Notes: generated from the letters alone by a model not told the origin. Shown: positions 18,775 to 28,060, counted from the first letter of the stretch. The stretch is 32,027 nt of DNA from Halohasta sp. (GCA_046482755.1 JAWOEO010000343.1:1-32027); one strand, 5' to 3'. Numbers and translations are program-made.

Positions 18775-19011
18775 ATGTCGTTCCCGCCCTCGTTCGGCCC
18801 CCTCCGTGGTCTTTCGAACAGCCTCCCAGCGGTCGCCGCTCGCCTTCGAGCCTCGGCCCGCGGCCTCGCGTTCTGGACAGCGATCGCCCTCCCGTTCGGC
18901 TACCTCCCACTGTTTACGCTGGATATCGGTGGCCTCTCGATAGAGATGCTCGTCGGTCTACTCCTCGCACACGTCGTCGTATTGGTCGTCGGCCATTCCT
19001 ACCGGCAGTAG
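18775..19011 (+). CDS. Small two-TM membrane protein
   Basis: RGLAFWTAIALPFGYLPL...LLLAHVVVLVVGHSY. ATG at 18775. Confidence 0.72.
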   Translation: MSFPPSFGPLRGLSNSLPAVAARLRASARGLAFWTAIALPFGYLPLFTLDIGGLSIEMLVGLLLAHVVVLVVGHSYRQ

Positions 19012-19084
19012 CATCGCACCGAGTCGACCCGCCGGGCGGGAGCGTTCCAATGGGATTAGGTTCCCTCGGGACCGACTCGACGGT

Positions 19085-19675
19085 ATGACAGCAACGGATG
19101 GCGACCGACCGACCGACCCGGAGGCGTGGATGGCCGAGGTGCGACAGATGCGCGCCGACAAGGACGAGTTCTTCACCACCCACCCACAGTCACCGATCAA
19201 GCCAGACTACCGCGAGGAGTTCGAGGGACTGGACTACTTCGAGCCGGATCCAGAGTTTCGGGTGCCTGCCCGCGTGCGCGTCTACGGTAACCCTGATCCG
19301 ATCGAGCTTGATGTGACCGCGGGGACGCCGATCCGGTATCTCCGAGCGGTGATCTTCGAGTTCGAACTCCGTGGCGAGCGGATCCAGATGGCCGGCTACC
19401 GCCAAGAGAGCGCCGAGGACCGGACGATCTTTATCCCGTTCCGTGACAAGACGACCGGCCAGCAGACCTATCACCGCGGTCGGTACATGGAGATGGAGCC
19501 CGACGAGGATCTCGTCAACGGCGACGTGGTGACCCTCGATTTCAACCTCGCCTACAATCCGTTTTGTGCGTACGCCGAAACGTTCGCCTGCCCGCTCCCG
19601 CCGGAGGAAAACTGGCTCGACGTCGTCGTTCCGGTTGGCGAAAAGAAGCCACCCGAATCGATCGTCGACCAGTAA
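19085..19675 (+). CDS. DUF1684-like protein
   Basis: FIPFRDKTTGQQTY..GRY and LDFNLAYNPFCAY...CPLPPEENWL...GEK. Confidence 0.9.
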   Translation: MTATDGDRPTDPEAWMAEVRQMRADKDEFFTTHPQSPIKPDYREEFEGLDYFEPDPEFRVPARVRVYGNPDPIELDVTAGTPIRYLRAVIFEFELRGERIQMAGYRQESAEDRTIFIPFRDKTTGQQTYHRGRYMEMEPDEDLVNGDVVTLDFNLAYNPFCAYAETFACPLPPEENWLDVVVPVGEKKPPESIVDQ

Positions 19676-19741
19676 CCGTCGACGGAACTTACCTCCGTCT
19701 GAAGGAGAACGCTCAATATCGGTCGGTCCGGTCGACAGTGT

Positions 19742-19927
19742 ATGGTAGACGTACCGAACCAAGCAGCGGTCGGTGTCGGACTGATGATCGTCGGCGGACT
19801 GCTGTTCATCCCCGGAGCCACTGTCGGATCGAGCGTACTCGTTCTCGCACTGCTGGTCGTCGCCGCGCTGTTGTTGACCGCCGGCACCTACCTGTTCGGC
19901 ACCAGCGGTGCCGGGCGATCGGTCTGA
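19742..19927 (+). CDS. Small two-TM membrane protein (61 aa)
   Basis: Two hydrophobic stretches and a C-terminal GTS..GRSV. Confidence 0.7.
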   Translation: MVDVPNQAAVGVGLMIVGGLLFIPGATVGSSVLVLALLVVAALLLTAGTYLFGTSGAGRSV

Positions 19928-19957
19928 TCCCGTCACAGCACCGCCAGACCGACGCCA

Positions 19958-19972
19958 GTAGCCGGTCGCTAC
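19958..19972. repeat. GTAG-N7-CTAC palindrome (GTAGccggtcgCTAC)
   Basis: Purely intergenic, with no annotated stop codon involved. A variant GTAGaatacagCTAG lies at 19999. Confidence 0.7.
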
Positions 19973-20078
19973 CCGATTCTCACGGAGTAAGAGTTCCAGT
20001 AGAATACAGCTAGTATCAGCTACCCTCCGTCGACAAGGATTGGGCCGCGGCTCGCTGTGGCTCGCAGTTCTAAAATCA

Positions 20079-20230
20079 TGGCCGGGGCGGGCTCCGAACC
20101 CGCGATCTCCGCATAACCCAGGTACGAGGCTCGGCAGGCCTCTATGGGGCGGACGCTTCCAAGGCGGTAACCGCACCGAATCTCAGTAACCCTATGAGTG
20201 CGGCGCTATGTCCAGCTAAGCCACCCGGCC
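20079..20230 (-). tRNA. tRNA-Met(CAT), elongator type, with a 78-nt intron at position 37/38 (intron 20115-20192)
   Basis: Exon 1 GGCCGGGTGGCTTAGCTGGACATAGCGCCGCACTCATA; exon 2 ATGCGGAGATCGCGGGTTCGGAGCCCGCCCCGGCCA. Acceptor stem GGCCGGG/CCCGGCC. Bulge-helix-bulge: CUCA/UGGG helix with UAG and UUA bulges. TTAAAG about 30 nt upstream and a short T-run downstream. Confidence 0.95.
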
Positions 20231-20416
20231 TCACCTGCCTATACCCCGATGATACTCTTTAACCTTCTCATCTCCGTCGGCTTCGTGGCGTGCGATCAGC
20301 CCCCGTATCGGAAGCCTGCTCCGGCCCACGTGTCGACTGTTGCTGGCGGTGAACAATCACGAAACACTGATACGCATACCCGCGGATTTATCACTCACGG
20401 ACGGTACCCCCTCACA

Positions 20417-21541
20417 ATGAGCCTGCCCGAGCTACTCGAGTCCGAACTGGACGGTGAACCAGCGGTCGCGGAGGTCCAACTCGGCGGGGAAGACGTGCTG
20501 GTCGTCACCCCGAGCCGGACGGTCGTCTACCGCGCCGACGGCCTGCTCTCCGACGAATCCGTCGAGAGCTACCCCCACGATGCCGAGGAGGTCGACCTCT
20601 CGGTCGGCCGGCGGAAGGCCAAACTCACCCTCGAATACGGACTCGACGGCAGCGAGACGCTGTCGTTTCCGGCCAAACGGGTCGACAACGTCCTCCACCC
20701 GATTCTGGCAGGCGTCATCAGTGCGGCGGGGATCACCGAGGCCGGCGAAACGGTCCACAAGACGTTCCGGTTCAGCGATCTCACCCTGATCGTCACCAGC
20801 AAGCGCGTGATCAAACACATCGGCTCGGCGGTCTGGGACGCCGATTTCGAGGCCTTCGCCTACGACGGCCTCACCGACGTCGACTTCGAGGAGGGCAGCG
20901 TCGCCACCTCGGTCGTCCTCACCCACAACGGCCGCCAGAACCGATTTAAAACCCCGAATAGCGATGCCCGCGCGGTCCGGGAGGCGATCGTCGAGGCGGT
21001 CTGTGAGTTCCACGGCGTCACTAGTATCGAGGAGCTCCGCGAGGCGATGGCTAATCAAGAAGACGCCGAGGGCGAAGCTGTAGACCGGTTGGATTTCGGG
21101 GACGGTCCCGATCCACTCAGTGCGGATCCTGGTGAACTGGAGTCGGAACCGGCCAACAGTACCCAGCCGGGCGACAGCGAGTCGTCGGTCGACGAGGAAC
21201 TCGTCGCCTCGCTTGAGGCCGACGACTCGACCGGCGAGACGACCAGTCACGCGGAGCCAACCGAGCCCACGGAGTCGATCGAGCATTCGAAGCCGGCCGA
21301 CCGCGCAGAATCGATCGATCATTCGGGGTCGACCGACCAGTCTCAAGCCGTTATCGAACGCGAGGAGCCGGCCGACGCCTTCGAGGGCTCGCCGTTCGAG
21401 TCCGCCGGCCCGGTCGACGAGGACGATCTGTCGGCCCAGCTTGCGGCACTGACCGAGACGGTCGAGGCCCAACAGCAGCAGCTCGCCCGACAGACGGAAC
21501 TGATCGAAACCCTGATCGAGGAACTCCGCCGCGGCCGGTAG
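20417..21541 (+). CDS. Hypothetical protein: two PH-like beta repeats, an acidic linker and a C-terminal coiled coil
   Basis: The repeats VLVVTPSRTVVY and TLIVTSKRVIKH resemble bacterial PH-type domains. The tail LSAQLAALTETVEAQQQQLARQTELIETLIEELRR is heptad-like. Confidence 0.78.
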   Translation: MSLPELLESELDGEPAVAEVQLGGEDVLVVTPSRTVVYRADGLLSDESVESYPHDAEEVDLSVGRRKAKLTLEYGLDGSETLSFPAKRVDNVLHPILAGVISAAGITEAGETVHKTFRFSDLTLIVTSKRVIKHIGSAVWDADFEAFAYDGLTDVDFEEGSVATSVVLTHNGRQNRFKTPNSDARAVREAIVEAVCEFHGVTSIEELREAMANQEDAEGEAVDRLDFGDGPDPLSADPGELESEPANSTQPGDSESSVDEELVASLEADDSTGETTSHAEPTEPTESIEHSKPADRAESIDHSGSTDQSQAVIEREEPADAFEGSPFESAGPVDEDDLSAQLAALTETVEAQQQQLARQTELIETLIEELRRGR

Positions 21542-21552
21542 GCACCGCCTAC
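21538..21552. repeat. GTAG-N7-CTAC palindrome (GTAGgcaccgcCTAC)
   Basis: Its two half-sites are the two convergent TAG stops. Confidence 0.7.
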
Positions 21553-21932
21553 TCCTCGCGGCCGACGACTTTTTTGATACACGACGAGCCGAACGGGCCG
21601 AGTTCGCCCGATTCGAACTCGATAAAGTGGCCCGTCGAGAGCCCCGCCCCGCAGCGTCGACACTCGAACTCGCCGTCCCGAACCGTCACCTGACTCTCGA
21701 AGCGGACGAAGGTGCCGCCGCGGCGGGTCCGAATCCGGCCCTGCTCGCGGTCAATAACTCCACGCTTATCGGCGGTGTCGAGGATTTCCCGCGTGAGCGT
21801 CGGGTTCGTGGTGACGGTTTCGAGCCGGTCGATGGCCGCGGCCAGATCGAGTGTCTCGGTTTCGAGATGCGCCAGCAGGTCGACGCCGAGTTCGATCTTG
21901 TCCTGCCGCGACAGTTGCTCCGACTCGGTCAC
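21549..21932 (-). CDS. Small protein with HTH-like N-part and C-terminal Zn ribbon (DUF5830-like)
   Basis: CRRC...GPFGSSCI, and TREILDTADKRGVI (winged-helix-like). GTG start. Confidence 0.78.
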   Translation of the reverse strand: MTESEQLSRQDKIELGVDLLAHLETETLDLAAAIDRLETVTTNPTLTREILDTADKRGVIDREQGRIRTRRGGTFVRFESQVTVRDGEFECRRCGAGLSTGHFIEFESGELGPFGSSCIKKVVGREE

Positions 21933-22016
21933 GGTCCGGCGTTCGCAACCCGATCACATAACCGTTCGTGTGTCGCCGAACACAAAGCGTATCACAGTAC
22001 ACGAGTGGTGACAGGT

Positions 22017-22670
22017 ATGCAGCGACGAACACGTCTCGGAATCGGGACCGCGACGCTGCTGGCGGTCGGCCTCGCTGCGTGGCTCGGCTCGCCGGCGGCC
22101 GCCCTCGACGGCTTTGAGGCGCTTGCGAGCCGGCCGCTGGCCTTCGCGGCGGCCGTCTTCGTGGTGGCGCTCCTCCGCCCGGCGTGTGCGTGGCCCACGC
22201 TCGTGTTGTCGATCGCCGTCGGCTATGCCGCCGGACTCGCGGGCCTGCCGCTCGCGGTGACCGCACTCGTGATCACGAGCCTTCCACCCTACTGGTTCGG
22301 AAACTCGATGGCTGGGGACGGTCGACTCATTTCAGCCGGACGAACCCTGCTGGCCGAAACGGGTGGGATCCGCGGCGTCACGGCCGCCCGGCTGCTGCCG
22401 GTGCCGTCGGACGTGATCTCGGTGGCCGCCGGCGCGGTCGGCGTTCGGCTCCGGCCGTATCTCGCCGGGACGGCCCTCGGCGAACTCCCGTGGGCGATCC
22501 TCGGCCTCGTCGTCGGCCGGTCGGTCGACCATCTTACTACGGGCGATCTCGCCGGCGCAGTCGACCCGTGGCTGCTCGCCGGGATGACCGCGACGGCCAT
22601 CCTGCTTCTGGCCGGGCCGAGCTACCGCGTCGTCTCCGACCGGGAGTCGTCGCCGTCGGCTATCGAGTAG
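22017..22670 (+). CDS. TVP38/TMEM64 (VTT/DedA superfamily) membrane protein
   Basis: ARLLPVPSDVISVAAG...YLAGTALGELP motif. ATG at 22017. Confidence 0.88.
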   Translation: MQRRTRLGIGTATLLAVGLAAWLGSPAAALDGFEALASRPLAFAAAVFVVALLRPACAWPTLVLSIAVGYAAGLAGLPLAVTALVITSLPPYWFGNSMAGDGRLISAGRTLLAETGGIRGVTAARLLPVPSDVISVAAGAVGVRLRPYLAGTALGELPWAILGLVVGRSVDHLTTGDLAGAVDPWLLAGMTATAILLLAGPSYRVVSDRESSPSAIE

Positions 22671-22757
22671 CCCGGCCGGCCCCCGAGTGACGCTTCTAAC
22701 CGGTCGAATCGGGACCCGCGGGCGGTAGTTCGCTTCGTCGGTCGACGGGGTTTAGGA

Positions 22758-24782
22758 TCAGTCGGTCGACGAGAGGAGCCGCTCGATGGTGGCCGCCGAG
22801 GAGTCTCCATCCTCGGGGCCCGTCCCGTCGACGACGAACTCGAAGCGCGCGCCGCCCGAGCGGCTCTCGGTGACGTGGACCGACCACCCGTGTGCGTCGG
22901 CGATCGAGTCGACGATCGCCAACCCGAAGCCGGTGCCGTCGCTGCCGGAGTAGCCGTGGTCGAACACGCTCTCGCGTTCGTCCTCGGGGATCCCCGGGCC
23001 GTCGTCGGCGACGTAGAACCCGCCGTCGATGGGGCCGACCGTGACGGTTAGGCCCGCGCCGGCACGATCGGTGTCGGCTGTCTGGTGTCGGTTGAGCGTC
23101 CCGTGTTCGATCGCGTTCCGAAACAGGTTCTCGAAGACGTGTCTGAGTTTGTCGGCGTCAGCCCGGATCGTCGTCTCGCCGTCGACGACCAACTCCGCGG
23201 CTCCCGTGTCGCCGCTCTCCCAGCACTCGACGGCGATCGACTTCAGGGAGACCGACTCGGTCGTCTCGACGAACGTTCCCTGGCGGGCCAGCGTGAGGAC
23301 GTCCTCGATGATCGCCGCCATCCGGTCGTGGTTCTCGGCGACCGCCTCGAAGTGTTCGTCCGCGCCGGTCTCCCGGGCGAGATCGAGGTGGCCCGACGCG
23401 ACGTTGAGCGGGTTCCGGAGGTCGTGGCTGGCGACGCTGGCGAACTGTTCGAGCTGTGCGTTCTGCCGTTCGAGCTGTGCCTCGTAGCGGTGGCGTTCGA
23501 ACTCGGAGCCGAGCCACGTGGCGAGGGTTTTGACCGTCGACTGTTGGGCCTCCAACACCAGCTCCTCGCGGGGCTCCTCGCCGCCGAAACAGAGAGTCCC
23601 GAAGAGCTCGCCGTTGACGACGACACGAGCCCCGATGTAACACCGCAGCCCGAAGTGCTCGAAGGCGGGGTCGTCGGCCCACCCTTCCCGGGGCGCATCG
23701 CTCACGATCGTCGGCTCGTCGTTCTCGACGGTTCGGCGGCAGTAGGTCCGTTCGATCGGGTCGGTCGCACCCGGCTGGATCGCGTCGTGGTCGCCGACTG
23801 CGGCGATAATCCGCTGTGTGCCGTCGTCGATCCGGGTGAGATACCCCAGCGGGTACTCGAGGTGGGTCGCCCCGATCTCGATCACCGTCTCGATCTTCGA
23901 TTCGAGATCCGTGGTTTCGTCGGCGACCGCCGCATAGAGCGCTTCGAGCGTCTCGGCGGAGCGTTCGATCTGGTCCTCCAGGAGACACCGTCGCGTGACG
24001 TCCCGCTGGATCCCGACGAACTGTTGGAGGTTGCCGTCGGCGTCGGTGACCGGTGCGATAGTCTGGTGGGCCACGTACTCCTCGCCGGTTTTGGTTTCGT
24101 TGACGACCTCCTCCTCCCACACGTTGCCGTCGAGGATGGCGTCCCACAGGTCCCGATAGTAGGCCTCGTCGTGTGCGCCGGATTTGAGGATCCGCGGCGT
24201 CCGACCGACGGCCTCCGTGCGTGAGAAGCCGGTGAGCTCTTCGAAGGCCGGGTTGACGTACTCGATCGTCCCCGCGGTGTCGGTGATCAAGATTGCATCG
24301 GCGGCGTGCTCGACGGCGTTTCTGATACCGTCACGGGTCGGCAGCCGCTGGCGGTCGGCCAACACGTCGACCAGCCCGTCCACCAGCCGATCCGAGGCGT
24401 CCCCATCGACCGGAACGTAGTCGGTGACGCCCGCGGCCGTCGCCTCGCTGGCCAGTTGCTCCGACCCCTCAGCGGTCACCAACACGAACGGGAGCGTCGG
24501 AGCCCGGTCGCGGACGCGTGCCGAAAGCGAAATCCCATCGGTGTCGGGGAGTTCGTAGCGACTCACCACGCAGTCGGCCGCCGACAGCGACTCGACAAGC
24601 GCCCCGCCGCTTTCGACCCCGCGTACCTCGACCGGATCGAGCGCCGCTTCGAGCCGCGTGATCTCGTCATCACGTCGTCCGTCGTCACCGTCGACGTAGA
24701 GGACGGTCGCGCCGGTAGACGAATCGCCGACGGGCGGCGATCGGGCCCCGTGTGGCCGTCGATCCGAACGGTCCTTGCTCAT
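22758..24782 (-). CDS. Hybrid sensor histidine kinase (REC-like, PAS, GAF, HisKA, HATPase_c)
   Basis: YVNPAFEELTGF (PAS), YCRRT...YIGARV (GAF), ASHDLRNPL (H-box), ENLFRNAIEHG, VADDGPGIP and GTGFGLAIV. Confidence 0.93.
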   Translation of the reverse strand: MSKDRSDRRPHGARSPPVGDSSTGATVLYVDGDDGRRDDEITRLEAALDPVEVRGVESGGALVESLSAADCVVSRYELPDTDGISLSARVRDRAPTLPFVLVTAEGSEQLASEATAAGVTDYVPVDGDASDRLVDGLVDVLADRQRLPTRDGIRNAVEHAADAILITDTAGTIEYVNPAFEELTGFSRTEAVGRTPRILKSGAHDEAYYRDLWDAILDGNVWEEEVVNETKTGEEYVAHQTIAPVTDADGNLQQFVGIQRDVTRRCLLEDQIERSAETLEALYAAVADETTDLESKIETVIEIGATHLEYPLGYLTRIDDGTQRIIAAVGDHDAIQPGATDPIERTYCRRTVENDEPTIVSDAPREGWADDPAFEHFGLRCYIGARVVVNGELFGTLCFGGEEPREELVLEAQQSTVKTLATWLGSEFERHRYEAQLERQNAQLEQFASVASHDLRNPLNVASGHLDLARETGADEHFEAVAENHDRMAAIIEDVLTLARQGTFVETTESVSLKSIAVECWESGDTGAAELVVDGETTIRADADKLRHVFENLFRNAIEHGTLNRHQTADTDRAGAGLTVTVGPIDGGFYVADDGPGIPEDERESVFDHGYSGSDGTGFGLAIVDSIADAHGWSVHVTESRSGGARFEFVVDGTGPEDGDSSAATIERLLSSTD

Positions 24783-24978
24783 CAGCTAGATTGTTCGGAA
24801 AGCGCGTGTTAAACATCAGTACGCTTCCCATCAGATGAGAATACAGTCCATCAGCATGGACTGTTCGGTCCACCGGATCCGCCGAGTCGGGTGGTCGGTT
24901 CGTCCTGCCGAGCCTGTCGGTGTCGGGACGACGCTCGCCGTTGGGACGAATCGATGCCGGAAAACCCTCGTCTGGGGG

Positions 24979-26493
24979 CTACTCCAGCAGCGATTCGCCG
25001 GTCATCTCCTCGGCGGGGTCGAGTTCCATCACCTCAAGCAGCGTCGGCGCGAGGTCACAGAGCGCGCCGCCCTCCCGAACGGTGTGGCCGCCGTCGTCGC
25101 CGTCTGGCGTGAGATAGATCACTGGCGCGGGGTTGAACGTGTGGGCCGTGTGGGGGTCGTCTGCGGTCCCCATATCGTCGGCGTTGCCGTGGTCGGCGGT
25201 GATCACTACGTGGCCACCGGCGTGGTGGATGGCCTCGACCAGTCGACTGAGATGTTCGTCGACGGCCTCGACGGCGGTGATTGCGGCCTCGTAGTCGCCG
25301 GTGTGGCCCACCATGTCGGGGTTGGCGTAGTTGCACACCAACAGCGCGGGGTCGTCGGACTCGATCACCGAGACCGCCGTATCGGTCACCTTCTCGGCGT
25401 GCATCTCGGGCTGGAGGTCGTAGGTCGGCACGTCGGGACTTTTGACGATCTCGCGGCGCTCGCCGTCGAACTTGACCTCCCGGCCCCCGTTGAGGAAGTA
25501 GGTCACGTGGGCGTACTTCTCGGATTCGGCGAGTCGGAGTTGGGTGAGGCCGGCATCGGCGACGATCTCGCCGAGGGTGTTTTCGGGCTGCTGTGGTGGG
25601 TAGGCCACCGGTAGATCGAACGTCTTGTCGTACTGGGTCATCGTGACCAGCCGGATCTCGGGTGGGTGGGTCGCGACGTCCCAGACAGGGTCGATATCCG
25701 CGAGCATCCGCACCAGTTGGCGGGCGCGGTCGGCCCGGAAGTTGAAGAAGACCACGGCGTCACCGTCCTCGAGGGCGGGACCGCCCTCGACCAGCGTCGG
25801 CTCGACGAACTCGTCGGTGTCGCCGCGCTCGTAGCTCGCCTCGACGGCCTCGACCGCGCTTTCAGCGGTATGATCGGCCTCACGGTCGACGATGGCGTCG
25901 TAGGCGCGGCCGGTCCGCTCCCAGTTCTGGTCGCGGTCCATCGCGTGATAGCGTCCGGTGACAGTGGCGATGTCGCCGGTCCCGTACTCCTCGACCAGTT
26001 CCGCCACGGATTCGAGATGACCCGCCCCGGAGTGAGGGGCCGTATCCCGGCCGTCGGTGAAAGCGTGGGTGACCGCGTCGACGCCACGATCGCCGGCGAG
26101 TTCGATCAGGGCTTCGAGGTGGCTGAGATCCGAGTGGACACCGCCGTCGCTGACCAGCCCCATGAAGTGGACCGCGCCCTCGTTGTCGGTTGCGTAGTCG
26201 AACGCGGAGTTCAGTGCCTCGTTCTCCCGAAAGCTGCCGTCGTCGATGGAGTCGGCGATCCGCGTGTAGGACTGTTTGACGACCCGACCCGCACCGATGT
26301 TGAGGTGGCCGACCTCGCTGTTGCCCATCTGGCCCTCCGGGAGGCCGACCGCCCGGCTGTGGGTCGTGAGCGTGCCGAACGCGCCCGTCTCGCGGAGCCG
26401 ATCGAACGTCGGTGTGTCGGCGGCCCGAACGGCATCGAGATGGTCGTGGTCGCCGAGTCCCCAGCCGTCGAGTACGATAAGTGCGCCTTTCAT
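24979..26493 (-). CDS. gpmI: 2,3-bisphosphoglycerate-independent phosphoglycerate mutase
   Basis: LDGWG, GQMGNSEVGH, SDGGVHS, DGRD, NFRADRARQ, NPDMVGHTG, TADHGN and HTAHT. Confidence 0.97.
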   Translation of the reverse strand: MKGALIVLDGWGLGDHDHLDAVRAADTPTFDRLRETGAFGTLTTHSRAVGLPEGQMGNSEVGHLNIGAGRVVKQSYTRIADSIDDGSFRENEALNSAFDYATDNEGAVHFMGLVSDGGVHSDLSHLEALIELAGDRGVDAVTHAFTDGRDTAPHSGAGHLESVAELVEEYGTGDIATVTGRYHAMDRDQNWERTGRAYDAIVDREADHTAESAVEAVEASYERGDTDEFVEPTLVEGGPALEDGDAVVFFNFRADRARQLVRMLADIDPVWDVATHPPEIRLVTMTQYDKTFDLPVAYPPQQPENTLGEIVADAGLTQLRLAESEKYAHVTYFLNGGREVKFDGERREIVKSPDVPTYDLQPEMHAEKVTDTAVSVIESDDPALLVCNYANPDMVGHTGDYEAAITAVEAVDEHLSRLVEAIHHAGGHVVITADHGNADDMGTADDPHTAHTFNPAPVIYLTPDGDDGGHTVREGGALCDLAPTLLEVMELDPAEEMTGESLLE

Positions 26494-26681
26494 ACGTGGG
26501 TGTCGCCGCCCCGGCTAATTACGCTTTGTGTCAGCGGTCGGCCTCGTAGTATGTGGGATACCTCAACGGTCTCCGAGAGGATCCAATCAAACCGACAGAA
26601 GGCGCGACGGTCGACTCGACGTGTCGACGGTCTGACCCACGTGGTAGACAACGTTTTATTTGCGCTCACGTAATCCCGGGT

Positions 26682-27386
26682 ATGGATTCGGCGGTACTCT
26701 TGGATCTCCTCGGCAACGAGAACCGTCGACGGATCCTCCGGCTGCTCTCCCAGAAACCCTGTTATGTCACCGAGATCAGCGACTACCTCGGGGTGAGCCC
26801 GAAGGCGGTCATCGACCACCTCCGCAAGCTGGAGGAGGCGGGGCTGATCGAGAGCCGGACCGACGACCAGCGCCGGAAATACTTCCACATCACCCGGAGC
26901 CTCCGACTGGAGGTCGACGTCTCGCCGCACAGTTTCGGCGCGAAAAGCGCCTACCCGGCGAGTTCGACGCTGGATATGTCCGGTCGGTGTCCGCATCTCT
27001 CGCTCGACGAGGTGGTCACCAACGGCTGTGGGCCGGCCGAGGGCGACCACGCCGACCGGGCCGAAAGCGGCGGTCGCGACATCGAGGAACTGGCCGCGGA
27101 GTTCGGCCGGCTCCAGTCGCTCGACCGGGAGCTGTCGCTGGCCCAGCGGTGGGTCCACGGCCGGCTCACCGAGACACTGGACGAACTGACCGACCGCACC
27201 GGGATCGACGCCGACGGCCGCTTTTATGCCAAGATTCTGGCCGCCGTCGTCGAGGGCGACGGCTCGACCGAGGCCATCGAAACGGCGTTGAACGCCCCGC
27301 CGGAGGCCGTCGACCAGGCACTCGGTCGACTCGCCGAAGCCGGCATCCTGCGCCGCGACGGCGGGCAGTGGACGATCCGCGGCTGA
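26682..27386 (+). CDS. ArsR-family transcriptional regulator with coiled coil and a second C-terminal HTH-like segment
   Basis: LLGNENRRRILRLLSQKPCYVTEISDYLGVSPKAVIDHLRKLEEAGLI...RRKYF. TTTTATTT TATA box about 25 nt upstream. Confidence 0.9.
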   Translation: MDSAVLLDLLGNENRRRILRLLSQKPCYVTEISDYLGVSPKAVIDHLRKLEEAGLIESRTDDQRRKYFHITRSLRLEVDVSPHSFGAKSAYPASSTLDMSGRCPHLSLDEVVTNGCGPAEGDHADRAESGGRDIEELAAEFGRLQSLDRELSLAQRWVHGRLTETLDELTDRTGIDADGRFYAKILAAVVEGDGSTEAIETALNAPPEAVDQALGRLAEAGILRRDGGQWTIRG

Positions 27387-27556
27387 CTACGCCGTCCCGT
27401 TGGCGAGCGTCGGGGCCGTCGAGACGTCGACGGTCGGCACGGCTCGCCAGCGGATGCTCCCGTCGGCGGCGAGACGTCGACGGCGCTTCATACGCGGCCT
27501 CTCTCCGGCCCCGGTAACTATCTTCTGGTGACAGGACAGCAGCCGACGAAAACGAG

Positions 27557-28060
27557 TCAGATCTCTTGGGTCAACCCATCGCGGAGATCCCGGCCGAAGT
27601 AGTGGCCGAGGAGGGCGACGACCACACCGAGACCGACGCCGACGCCGCCGAAGGCGAGGCCGTACTCCCTGAAAAACCGCATCCCGACCGGCAGGACGCC
27701 GGTCGTCAGCAGGCTCGCCGCGAAGCTCAGCCCGACGATCCCGCCGCCAGCGAGTGCGGTCTCCAGATACCGTCGCTCGCTGGCCACGAGGCCGATGACG
27801 AACGTCGCGACGAACAACCCACCCAGCGAGCCGAGCGTCCCGATAAACGGGATCGCACCGCCGCCGACCACGCCGACGGCGATCAGGACCGCCGACAGCA
27901 AAAACGTCTTGAGCGAAAACAGACCCGCGAGTCGACCAGTCGAATCGTCGCCCTCGCCGACGGCTTCGGTGTCTGACCCCGAGCGATCGGTGGCCACCTC
28001 GTCGCTTCGGATGTCATCGTCGACGATCTCGTCGAGAACCTCCTCGTCGGAACGCGCCAT
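27557..28060 (-). CDS. Membrane protein with acidic N-terminus and about 4 TMs
   Basis: From ATG 28060 (MARSDEEVL...); ends GHYFGRDLRDGLTQEI. Confidence 0.78.
   Translation of the reverse strand: MARSDEEVLDEIVDDDIRSDEVATDRSGSDTEAVGEGDDSTGRLAGLFSLKTFLLSAVLIAVGVVGGGAIPFIGTLGSLGGLFVATFVIGLVASERRYLETALAGGGIVGLSFAASLLTTGVLPVGMRFFREYGLAFGGVGVGLGVVVALLGHYFGRDLRDGLTQEI

Noticed and set aside
20115-20192. Box C/D guide RNA inside the tRNA-Met intron
   Set aside because: No RUGAUGA C box and no terminal CUGA in the expected arrangement.
19928-20416. tRNA as an integration site for an island or provirus
   Set aside because: No integrase, no duplicated tRNA 3' end, and ordinary genes on both sides.
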